Assembly (NCBI RefSeq): GCF_001194135.2
Contig: NC_068983.1
Location: 108,196,338-108,260,337 of the forward strand
DNA: 64,000 bases
Source of the DNA: Octopus bimaculoides
Lineage: Eukaryota
Direction of reading: 5' to 3'
Below are positions 38,637-50,900 of this stretch, piece by piece; the first letter of the stretch is position 1; each line of letters starts with the position of its first letter. Made by a program: the position numbers and the translations under genes. The notes beneath the pieces are model-generated. The model made no database searches. It saw only the letters and a program-made list of their open reading frames with translations, and was not told the origin of the DNA.

Positions 38637-38998
38637 TTAACAATAGTTTCAACAAAATAAAAGTATGCATTATCCTACTTGCTTATTCACCTGGAATAAT
38701 GCAGAAAAATACCAGATCAAGTGACCAGGGTAATATTTTCCTGACATTTAAATCTCATTAAATCCGATTTGGTCATTTCTAACCCACTAAGTAAAAGTGA
38801 AAAAATAATAATTATAAATATCAGAATAAAATTGTTTTCATTCTTATAACATGAAATTATAAAAATATATTTCGTATTATAGTATCCCGCTGAATTACTA
38901 CACTGAGGTTAGAATTCTTTAGTAATTAATAAACAGACTTTCACCTGCACTGTTACAGTTCTAATATGAAAAATGCAACAAGATTAGCATCAATATAT

Positions 38999-39213
38999 TG
39001 GTTTCAAATTTTGGCACAAGACCAGCAACTTTGAGGGAGGGGTAAGGTTGACTACATCAATCCAAGTGCTCAGCAGGTACCTATTTTATTGACCCTGAAA
39101 GGATGAAAGATGAAGTAGACCTCAGCAAAATTTGAACACAGAATGAAATGATGGATGAAATGCCACTAAGCATTTTGCCTAGCATGCTAATGACTCTGCC
39201 GGCAGACCACCTT
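38999..39213 (-). mobile_element. SINE family B, type-2 tail
   Basis: TTGGTTTCAAATTTTGGCACAAGACCAGC..GAAAGGATGAAAG..CTAAGCATTTTGCCTAGCATGCTAATGACTCTGCC. Confidence 0.88.
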
Positions 39214-40285
39214 AATTACATCAATATATTAACTTGAGTAGAAATTACATATTTGTATTTCTAAAAAGCATGTCAAGGATATAGCAGAAGACTAAGACAA
39301 AGACAAATGCGTAATTACAATATTATCACTGTGTTCATAATAGTTATAAAACCATTGAAATCATTCTTGGTTTTCTAAATAATAACACATAAATATACTA
39401 GACTCTAGTTTCATAGACAAAACTTCTAGAGCTAGTTTCATTGGTTTCCAATGTAGAATGAGTTTTGGAAAATCTTAACTGATCTTCATAAGAGAGATTT
39501 ATATCTAGAAATTAAAAAATAAATAATTAATTTAGCAAATGTATAGATTAAAAAAGTGAGCTGCTGTAATAGCAATGTTACAGTAATAGGAGTTTCAGTC
39601 AGAATTAGAAGCAACATAGATGCAAAAACAATTTAAATTTAACTAGTTAGTGAGTGATATTATGGAAGATTTTGCAGCTACAGTCCCTCTCCATGGAAAA
39701 AATGTTACGCAAAATAGCAAAGGTTAAGTTAAAGAAAAGTGATTATTTAACTCCTTAATAATCCATGTTAGCTGGGTAAGAAAATTATGGTAGCATGTTT
39801 ATTTATTTCCATTGAGGAACAATCATCATAAAGTCAACAGAGTGCAAGGAGAGAGTAATAACCTAGTTGTGTTGTCCTTAATGATGTCTCACATCTATCA
39901 TTCACTTTGGCTGCAAATTAATAAGACAAAAGAAAAAAGAAACTATGCAATTATCTAAAAAAGTTATATGATAATTAAGGCATACTGACTGTTCCATTAC
40001 CAGAATGTAGGTTTCAAAGTATAACTGAAAATAGCCAGTAACTTTTGTCAGGTTGTTAAAGAACTGCTGAAGACTTTGCTTTCAGTGTTGTAAAAATGAT
40101 AAAGCCCACTTAATGAATCCTATCCCTGAATGGCCAGACATAGAAGCTTGAAATACATACAATTGTTTAACATGAAATATCTGAACCAATAGTTAAATTG
40201 TAGATGCAGACATGAATCTAGTGTAGTAACATTTTCAAATATACATATAAGCAATTAGCTGTGTCCAGATTAATTTGTAATTTTT

Positions 40286-40876
40286 GGATCTTTTTTAAAA
40301 CGGGGGCCACATTTTTCATTAATGTTTTACGTAGTGTTTTTGGTACCGAAAGACTTTCAAACTTTGTATACTTATCTATTTTGTGTTATAGAACAGAAAA
40401 ATATTTTTGTATTCGAATTTATTTCATGTAAAAAATTGTCTTATTTCGATAATTTCCACCAATCACTGACAAGTATTCAGTTGTTTATATTTACTCCTTT
40501 GGCTGATTAAGCAGTGTAAAGCGTATTTAATTTCCATAGCTTCGTTTTCATTTTCTTTTTTTTTTTCTTTGTTTTATTTGTTTTTTTCTTTTTAAATTTG
40601 CTGTTTTACCCTAACCCTAACCCTATCACCGATAGAATTGTTTCAGAATCGTTTGTTTATGTAGTCGGCACTTAATGTATATCGGCTGAATGGACGTCAG
40701 TGATTGGTTGAAATTACAGAAATACGACAAATTTAACATGGAATAACTTAGGGATTTCTTTTTTTTTTAAAGAAGACTAAGAGAAAAAGATGTTTTATAT
40801 GACACATTCTACCAGTGTTCCAAGTTTCAAAGTGTTTCGTTAATGAAAAATGTGGCCCCCGTTTTAAAAAAGATCC
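40286..40876. mobile_element. Fold-back MITE, 591 bp, Merlin-like ends, internal (CCCTAA)n
   Basis: Perfect 37-bp TIR GGATCTTTTTTAAAACGGGGGCCACATTTTTCATTAA (40286-40322 / 40840-40876); degenerate inverted similarity continues ~185 bp inward; 8-bp TSD TAATTTTT / CAATTTTT (7/8). GG termini plus an 8-bp TSD fit Merlin (inference). Confidence 0.85.
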
Positions 40877-41892
40877 CAATTTTTCATTTAAGATCTAAAT
40901 TTTGAAGTAATTTATTTAACTTTATAAGACAATTCAATCATAAAAACTATGTGTGTGTGTATGATATTAGTTTTAAATCCTAAATGAAAGTTATATGATT
41001 ATCATATTCATGTTACTAGCATATCCACACTTAAATATTAACTGAACAAGTTCTGAAAATGAAACTCCAAGTCAGAGATTAGGAAACTTTGAATACGATA
41101 TAAACAACACTCAGAGTTTAAGTAAAAACAAAGTCTAATGAAGATAAAGAAAGTATAAATCCATTAAATATGCTAAATGCTGTAATAGTAAGAACAAATT
41201 CCTAACATTAATGTTACATAATATTCTAATTATTCTAAGCTATTCTGTTACTCTTCCACATATTACTGACTTCATTAAACTCATTCCTCACCAAACTACT
41301 GGCAACTATGTCTGTATGTTTGGAAATTACAACAGCAGTGGCTTGTTTAAATCAAGCAGCAGTTGAAACATATAGATAATTCTATAACTTAAAGTCAATA
41401 TGGTTTGTAAGAAAGCAGATCAATGAGTAATATCAAACAAAAACCTTCTTAAGTATGTGAATCCATTAATAGAAAAGGCCAGCTGTTTCCTAAACCTTCA
41501 GAACCAAGTCACTTTATTATCCTGTTTGAAGATAGATGAAAGTTTCCACTGAACTATAAGGATCTAGGCAAAGATTCCTGAGCATAAAGCATTATACTTC
41601 TTGCAATAAGTATGCAAAATATTTTATAAAGGACATCTTACCAAGACTGTGTTTACTGTGCTATAGTTCATATAACATTGTTTTTAAGGAGTAGAGTTGT
41701 TAGCACCATGCTAAACATTAGAGAAAACATGTGCTGAGTTTTCAGACCTCTAATCTAAGATATGCTTGACTTGATTCAACCAGCCTGGAACCAAGATCCT
41801 GATCATAATTTCTTTAAAGGCCTTAAGACAAGCAAGTCCTTCACTGCAACAAGATAATATTGTAGAACAAACAAGATTAAAAATATTAACTC

Positions 41893-42710
41893 ATTCTACT
41901 GTATGCACAAGGCCTGAAATTTTGGTGGGAGGGGTTCTAGCTGAATTTCTGAATGGACAAAAGGCTAAAATCAACTTCAGCAGAATTTGAAGGCAAAACA
42001 TGAAGAAAGTCAAGGGCTTTGTCTGATATGCTAATGATCTGCCAGCTCACTACTTTACATAATAATAATGGTTTCAAATTCTCAGGGGGAGGCAGAATCA
42101 ATTACATCGACCCCAATGCTCAACTAGGATTTATTTTATCAACCCTGAAATGATGAAAGGCAAGGTCAACCTAGATGGAATTTGAACCCAGAATGTGATA
42201 CTGGAACAAATGCTGCATAACATTTTGTCTGAAATGCTAACATATCTACCAGTGCACTTCCTTCAATAATAATAATCCTTTGTACTATAGGCACAAGGTG
42301 TGAAATTTACAGGGAGAAGGCTAGTTCATTACATTGACTCCAGTATTTGACTGATACTTATTTTATTGACCTTGAAAGGACAAAGTCAACCTCAGCAGAA
42401 TTTAAACTCAGAACATAAAGATGAACAAAATCCTGCTAAGAATTTTGTCTGGCTTGCTTATGATTCTGTCATATCGTCACCTATAGTGATAATAATGATT
42501 TCAAATTTTGGCACAAGGCCAGCAAGTTCGCAGGAGGGGCTAAATTGATTACATTGACCTCAGTATTCAACTGGTATTTATTTTATTGCCCCCAAAAGAA
42601 TGAAAAGCAAAGTCAACTTTGGCAGAATTGGAACTCAGAACATGAAACAAGATGAAATACCACTAACCGTTTTGCCCAGCATGCTAACAACTCTGCCAGC
42701 TCATCACCTT
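41893..42710 (-). mobile_element. Four head-to-tail SINE family B copies
   Basis: Units 41893-42056, 42068-42263, 42272-42482, 42493-42710, separated by short (AAT)n; tails alternate type 1, 2, 1, 2. Confidence 0.9.
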
Positions 42711-44004
42711 ATAACAATATGAAAGATAAACAGCAGTTTATTTTTTCTGATAAGCCCTAATACTTGCAGATGTTACTAGTGGTTGTTTATATTTGCAAAA
42801 ACATCAGTGCAATATAGTTTCTCCTCAAAGTGTAATAAGACGTTGTTTTCTTGTTTTTCTTTTTTTTTTTTTTTAGACTTTTTATTTTCTAAAACTTTAA
42901 GATGCCTATTTCAATTAAAAGAATATAATGAGCTCATAGAGAAATTTTATGGATCAATACCCATTATTTAGCACATTATTTACATTTTTTTTTTCTAGTT
43001 ACAACCAAATTTCTTTTGACTACTTTTGATTACTTTTATGTACATCTTTTCATTAAAAAAAAATTTCTTCAACTAATGATCCTTCTAAAACTCTCTGAAA
43101 ATTATTGATTCTGATTTCCTACCAATTCAGTGCTTATAATAAAAAAAAAAGATGCAGTAAACAATTTTGCAATTGCACTTCTCTGTTCAATTAAAATTTT
43201 AGATAAATCTCACTCGTTTTCACAAATTTTCTCGTAATAAATAAAGACCAAGTCTCTCTCATAAAACAGCAAGTGAAGCACTAAATCGTATTATACAAGC
43301 CTTGTCTGGTGACATTCAATGCATCAGTCTTTTTGCCCTCGTTACATCCAAATTAAACTAATAGCTCAGACAATAATGTCTGCTGAGCATGCACTGTTCA
43401 ACTTACCCAAGCATTCTTTCTCAGCATGCTGCCCTATTTTATAGGAAAACATGTTTGAATTCACAATGTTATTATTGATTTAAAAACAACCCTTTCTGCC
43501 TGAATAGTCAATTAACATTATTAAATACTTTCACACAGATAATAGGTAATCTTATATGTTTCAATGAGAAGCAGAAGTTTGGAGTACTAAGAGATTCTGT
43601 TTTCTGTTAGAAGAGCATTTTGTCAAATGCATTTAGTTTTTCAGTGGAATGTATGAAACTGTGATGCAAAAGAAGCCAAGGTTACAAATCCCTAAAATAC
43701 ATGAGCGTGTAAACACACACACGTTCCCCACTCTCATTACTTTAATACAGGATATTAACACTCCAAATATTTACTTTTTAATCAGAAATTTCCTTATCAG
43801 AGGAAGGTAAAACAGTTTATATGGCGATAAATTTTGTTAATCATTTAAAAAAATATTCACATTTCACAACAGGACTAAAATGCTCCCAGAAATATAGATC
43901 ATTTAGTGGAATTATTTGTAATTCAATAAAAAAAACTATTCATATAAATGTGTGTGTGTGTATTTATAATTTGTTAAGTCTATGTCCGGTCATATGTTCA
44001 TATG

Positions 44005-44165
44005 TTTAGTTTCTTATGGTTTCCATCTACCAAGTCTACCCACAAGACTTTGGTTATCCCAGGGCTATAGTAGAAGACATTTACCCAAGATGTTCTGTAA
44101 TGGAAATGAAACCAAAACTATGTGGTTGCAGAGTGAACTTCTCATTTACATAACTAAGCATGTGT
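44005..44165 (-). mobile_element. SINE family A head, old copy
   Basis: TTTCCATCTACCAAGTCTACCCACAAGACTTTGG..GGCTATAGTAGAAGACATTTACCCAAG..ATGTGGTTG. Confidence 0.72.
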
Positions 44166-44359
44166 TTGTCTGCATGTATAATTATTTACAAAAGTAGTCA
44201 AACACTATCTGAAGAATGGCTTGATACACTTAAGTTGAGTATTACATTTACTTCTACAAGGAAAATAGCTGACAGAGTTTCACCTCAGATGCTTTGCTTC
44301 ACACTGTCTAACGAAGGCAACTGAGAGGAAACTTCAAAGTTGCTGTTTACTTCTACCTT

Positions 44360-44932
44360 CATCATCATCGTTTAACGTCCGCTTTCCATGCTAGCATGGG
44401 TTGGACGATTTGACTGAGGACTGGTGAAACCGGATGGCAACACCAGGCTCCAGTCCGATTTGGCAGAGTTTCTACAGCTGGATGCCCTTCCTAACGCCAA
44501 CCACTCAGAGAGTGTAGTGGGTACTTTTACGTGTCACCNNNNNNNNNNNNNNNNNNNNNNNNNNNNNNNNNNNNNNNNNNNNNNNNNNNNNNNNNNNNNN
44601 NNNNNNNNNNNNNNNNNNNCCCGCACAAGCCAGTCCAGGGGCACTGGCAACGATCTCGCTCGAAAATCCTACAGGAGCCAGTCAGGCGGTACTGGCAACG
44701 GCCACGCTCAAAATGGTGCATCTCATGTGCCACCCGCACAAGAACCAGTCCAGGGGCACTGGCAACGATCTTACTTGGCTTGCCGGGTCTTCTCACGCAC
44801 AGCCCATTTCCAAAGGTCTCGGTCCGTAGTCATCGCCTCGGTGAGGCCCAATGTACGAAGGTCTTGCCTCACCACCTCAGCCCAGGTCTTCCTGGGCCTA
44901 CCTCTTCCACGGGTTCCCTCAACTGTTAGGGT
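44360..44932 (-). mobile_element. RTE-clade LINE, 5'-truncated: ORF C-terminus plus 3' UTR plus (GAT)n tail
   Basis: 44932-44771 translates without interruption as TLTVEGTRGRGRPRKTWAEVVRQDLRTLGLTEAMTTDRDLWKWAVREKTRQAK*, the RTE C-terminal signature (V.G.R.RGRP.K.W...V..DL...GL......DR..W). Confidence 0.93.
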
Positions 44933-46139
44933 CTTGTAAGAATCAATATATTAATATACGCATGTGCACACACATCAATGCTTCATGTCATATCTATGAA
45001 CAAATGACTGTTGCACATATATTACCATATCAGAAACACACATCAACACATTCATATTACATATACACATTTGATGACAAAGTTACAACCGATTCAAATG
45101 AAAGTTGTTCAATTTAATTACACAATGTGAATTTTTTTAAAAAAGCAGCCTTATTTGATGAAAATTTTATTTTAATTATTTGATCATTTCAACAAGTATC
45201 ATTTTAATCTACCATCATCATAAGTGTTATCATCATTCAAAATAGAAAAAGCAAAATAAAACTACAGCAAAATCTTGAAAGTCTTTGATAATTTCAAGAG
45301 ATTTAATTTGATTCATTAGTATGTAACAAAAATTTGATTTTAAATCCTAGAGATATGTGATAGATTTCTAAAAATTATGGAAATATTAACAACTGAAACA
45401 ATACTGAAATGAATAGCAGCTTAGTATCAGAAAGTTAAATTATACATATATATATATATATGATGATATATATATATATATATATATAGTTATGGTATAT
45501 TCTGTTAAGAACATAGTAGAGTACAGTATAAATCTCATCCACCTTCACATTTCACCCTGTGCTATCCAGTATTATACATACTTCCAGGCTTGCATTTGGG
45601 CATTTGTCATGTGTGAATATATAATTGAATAAATTTGGAGTCAACAAGGAGTACAGATGGACATTTATTTTTCAGTCACTACAATTGTTTCTATGCAACA
45701 TAGTTCTCTGGACATGCAGGTACTCTATTATGCAACCATTTTCCTGCACTATGAGATCTAGTTGCATTTCCTCAGGAGATATGTAAATATTGTCACCATA
45801 AATATTGTGTAAATATGAAAATGTGTAAATATTATCTCTGTTCAAATTCTTGGCTTTAAGAACATCCTCTCTGTCTGTCATGGCCTGAATTTATCAAGGT
45901 CTGTTGTTGTTGAAGGACTATTGGCAGACTGCTTTGAATGTGTAGATATAGTGGGATCGTGATTCTGTTACCGTTAAAGTGGTTGCCGTTTTAAAGGGAT
46001 TGACATTTAATTTCTTTGTACTGTTGATTTGTTCCTCATGGCTGGTTACACATGCGATTGTTTTTAGCTGACTTTTAAGAATTGGCCTATATGTACACAT
46101 ACATCATCATTCACATATACATCCATATACATACTAAGT

Positions 46140-46609
46140 GATTTTCTTTTGCTTTTTTGGGCGAATTGACATTTCCTCATCATATAAGACTTCATGGACA
46201 ACATTTCTGACTGCTCTTTCTGACATATGGAGATCTTTTGCAATTGACTTCATGGGCTTTCTGGGATTGTAATCAATGGTCTGTTGAACTTGCTGAATAA
46301 ATTCATGTGTTCTGATGATTTCAGAGCATTTAGAATGCTTTTTATGCTTTGATACTGGTAATACTTTTCCAACTTCAGTCTCTAGCTCCTTACAAACTTT
46401 GTAGATGAAAGATCTGGCAACTTTTAAAACTAGATAAATTTCTAAATCACTATGCTCAGCCTTTATAACCACAATAACAGCATACCTCTTCATTTCTTGA
46501 GTAAGCTGAGGGTCTGCCATTATTATTTTCTGAAACAAAGACTATATGGAGTTAGTAAAAAATGCAGCAATGACCCCAAAAAAGTTGTGTCCTCAAATAC
46601 CTGATGCAC
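46140..46609 (-). mobile_element. Tc1/mariner-superfamily transposase N-terminal (paired-like HTH) fragment with probable 5' end
   Basis: ORF 46134-46538: MKRYAVIV..KVARSFIYKV..IRTHEFIQQVQQTIDYNPRKPMKSIAKDLHMSERAVRNVVHE, a bipartite HTH pattern; truncated before the DDE/D domain; TA|CAAGGTG-like end near 46609. Confidence 0.75.
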
Positions 46610-47759
46610 CTTGTACAAAATGATAAAGTCACCAGTGGAATGCTTTTGACCATAGATCAAAGCTAAATAACAACTATTTTTTTCGTTTTGTATTTTTTCT
46701 AACTACTTGAGAAAGTTATTTCATTTCAGGTATTTAGTTTACCAACATAATTTTTGAAGTGAAAAAAAGAGAAGGAAAAACAACAAAAAACAATAGTAAA
46801 GTAGTAATAACTTTAAACTTCCTTACTAGATATGACAAGATAACATCTACAGACAATTGTGTGGGCATAAACTGAGGAAGTTAGTTAGTTTCCAATATAT
46901 ACTGACAGTAATAGCCCATGACATTGTGGTAGAAAACCTCTGGTCTAAACAAATAATTAACAACAGTTTACAACTGGACATTAGTGAAATGACCAGAGTA
47001 AAAATAAAAGTAATGAAGCACATAGTTAAATAATAGAAAGTCATTTACTGTTTTCTGGATTAACTAATATGCAAGAATTTATTGTTCAGCTAATAAATGG
47101 CAGCTAATACTTCACACTGATTTCATTTTCTTAATAAATTAATTTTAAAAAGTATTTTACAAAAAATTCAACAAAATATGAATGAAAATTTTCCCTAATC
47201 ATTTCTCAAAGTTTAACAGCAATTTTTTTTTCCAGAGAAAATTTGAAATAAATTATTAACTTAAACATAATTTCCTATAATTCATCCAAATGAAGTGGTA
47301 CTTTTAGATTTATATATTTTTTTGAAAAATGAACTTCTTTAAGATTTGTTAATCAACAAATTAGCAGTAAATTATATATACATTTGTTTAAGTAAGGAAA
47401 ATAAAAGATAAAATATAATGTTTTTTCTACGTCCATTTAATAAATTAAATTACAATTTTCAAGGCGAAATTTATTTCATATGAAACATACAAATTAGTAT
47501 AATTAGAATAAATATAGCAATTTTTGTGAAGAAAAGATAAAAATATTGCTTAAAATAGAACTACATAGAAGTTATTCTTTGGTAATTTGGAAAAGTATAC
47601 AAAATGAAAATAAATTCATCATCATCATCAATTAAATAAAAGTGAGGATAAGTAAAATGGAAAGACAATGAATGAAAATATATGCTTAGGGTGGACATCC
47701 AATGGTTGATGAAGAAAGCATTAATCCTAACTTCTATACTATTACTTCCAGCACATTAA

Positions 47760-47979
47760 TCCTTTAACATTCAAACCAGTCATATCCAGCCCTAATATTC
47801 TATTTGTTTTATGTTCAAATCAGTTAGATCTGGCTTCTCACACCTAGCCTACAATGCAATTCTAGAAATAAAATAATCCCACTATCGAAATCTCAAAGGT
47901 GTGAGATAATGTATGACTAATTCAAAATAATGTGAAAAATAAGCATTAAATTTGACAGAGTAATCTGAATGCTAGTGGG
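47760..47979. mobile_element. piggyBac-like MITE, 220 bp
   Basis: TTAA on both sides (47756-47759, 47980-47983); imperfect TIRs TCCTTTAACATTCAAA / TCTGAATGCTAGTGGG. Confidence 0.6.
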
Positions 47980-50900
47980 TTAATGATACAACTCAGCTAA
48001 TTTTGTATTACTCTCTGTATCATATCATAAAGAAATCCAATTTTTTTTTATTGAACACAATACTTAAAACCAGTTTTCAAGACAGTCACTTAAAGATAAT
48101 CTATAACTAAGTGAACTTACCCACAATTCTAGCTAGTCTTTAAAGTGAAAAAGAAAAAAAAATTAAAATTACAAACATTCCATGAACTAGCAGGTGCTGG
48201 AGGATTCTGAAAATGAAGATATTTTAATGATATCTTGGTGAAGCTATTTTATGCCTGGAAGCCCTTCCTAATGTTGATAACTCAGCCATAAAATGGGAGT
48301 GGTATCTAATTTCAGCAAGCTCAACTGAGGCATAATTACACAACTTTGTCTCTGGTGAAGGGTTGAACTTGTGACCTTTAAGTACCCCTAGAAAACATCC
48401 CAAATAACATTAAGGGATGTGATAAAATAGAGTATGCCAAAAATATAAAGTTTAGATACAGTTAGAAGTAGTATTCAAATGATTCTATAGATGATTAATA
48501 ATGCAACACTCCCCCTTAAAGAAGATAATCAATGAGTGCATTTTTATAAGATTTGAAATTTAATTCATCCTTTATTCTCTCTACAGCTGCAACTTAAAGG
48601 ATAATGTATGAATTCTGATGTTTGGACTTTGTTAACTTTTAATTAGAATCTTGTTAACAAAGATTAGAAGTTATTCAAAAGAAGCACAAGTTGCTAATTC
48701 AATGACCACTCCATAAAGCTAGTACATTTAAGAACATAATTTAAATTTTTCCAAATGAGCAAATATTTGAAATTGTTAATGGCAGCTGTTGCACTATTGT
48801 TGATTTAGTTTTTGATGGTTTATTCCAATGCATATTTACAAAGAATGTTAGAACAACTTCTTTCAAGCTGTCCCTAATTCTTTCTGTTGATTCACAGTAC
48901 AATCATTCGAATACACAATGAACAAAATCCATTGCAACATCCTTATTATTGTAATCCATGTTACAATGATCAATAGAAATATATAGAGAATTGACAAATA
49001 GGGTTAATACTTTAATAAAAATTTTTAAAAACAGTGAAACTTTAAATAAACAAATCTAAAATTTTCTCAGAAACAATTGCAAAGCCAACACCTAAACGTT
49101 TAATGATATTAAAAGCAGTATATTGAAATAAAAGAATAAACAACAGTTTTTCTAGTAGAACCAATCTTACATCAACAGTTACAATTTATTATTCAATTCT
49201 CAAAACATTCCCAATTAAAAGAAATTCATGGTTTCATTATTTGTGCATTTCAGAAAATTTATTCTAGGTAAATATGAAATCTATTTCTTAGCATTGTAAA
49301 TCCTTTTATATTAATATAAGAGGATAATTTTTAAAATGTGTTCATGTCACTTAATAAAGAAAGGAATTTCATCTAATGTAGATATATTTAGATCAATGTA
49401 TAATAACTATTTCTAACATAGAATTATGACCTGAAATTCAGGGTGTTTTTTTTTTTTACCGATGCGCTAATACGTCTGCCAAACAACTAAAATCATTCAC
49501 ATTAGCACAGAACTAAAAATTGCATTGATTCTAGTGACAGCTCTAAGATGTGACGGAAGAATGTAAAGGGACAATGCCCTGCTATTTCTACAATATTGGT
49601 CCTCATGAAATAAAACTGATTTCTTAAATTGATACAAGGCCACATATTTACAAGAGGGTATATATTGTCAAATGAAAATTCTCCCAGTACATTATTGGTT
49701 TATAATGCAGTCAACTAATATTATATAGATTTTTCATTGACAGGACTATAAGAATAAGAAGACAAAGTGATACTGAGATGTTATGGACATGTAGTTTTTA
49801 AAAAATTCTTGAAAGAAAGCAACAAAGAGTAGAGCAAAGCAAACAACTCCAAAAAATACTTAATGCTGGAGTAATCAATGTTTTCTTTATATATATTTAT
49901 ACAGACATACACATATATGCACAAAAAGGTGTGTTAATATTACTAGTTTGGTAGAATTATAAATCAATATATTCATGTAAAAGCTATTGTAGCTACATTT
50001 TTCTTAACCATAAAGGAAGAAAAAAAAAGCAGGCTGAAGAACAAAGATGAAATACAACACACACAGTGTGTGCAGCAATCAGAAATACAAGACCATAAAG
50101 ATAATTTCCTCTTCGACTGACAATATGAGCACAACATTAATCTCTGTCAATTGATTAAACACCTCCCCAGCAAGTTTGTAGACTTGTGTTAATGTAACAA
50201 GTCAATGATGTTGAAGAAGCTACAGAGCCTTTAATTGAATATATTATGGAGTTCCAGTTTCATCTTCCACATTCTGTGTTCAATTCTCACTAGAATCAAT
50301 TTTGCTTTTTATCATTCTGGCTGCTATAAACAAAATACTAGCTAGTTACTTTGGGCAAAAGAGATATACATAAACAGTGAGTAAACAAACCAGTGTCTTA
50401 CTCATTATATGACAGGTAAGTTTGGAAAAATACTTTCGCTACCGTAGGTAATATCAAGTGATATGCCACACATAGAATCATTAATCTTATATCAAGGGCT
50501 TTGTGCTAATCTCCATAAGAAAAATATTTACTTTAAACTAACATTAAATAAAATAAATGTTTGAATTTCTCTAGAAGTGAAGTAAATTTGGTAAACAGAA
50601 ATGGTACAAAGTGTAATTTACACACACAAACACACACACAGATGTATGCTTACAAATAGATATCTATACGTTTTTGTATCTATCTATTTTATACAGATAG
50701 ATATTAAATATAAGAATAGATATCTATATGTATGCATGTATGCATGCAAAAGTACATCCATGTCTGATTGCCATGAACCTTATACGTGCAATGGCATGAG
50801 CAACAGTTGGTGATCTCTGTTGACATATTGTTGTTAAGAATACCTTTGCACTTTAGAAAATATGTAAAATGAAAAATTCCCTTGTGAGAAACTGAGGAAA

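Noticed and set aside
40609-40625. Telomere or chromosome-end signal
   Set aside because: Fewer than three CCCTAA units, internal to a MITE; not a telomere.
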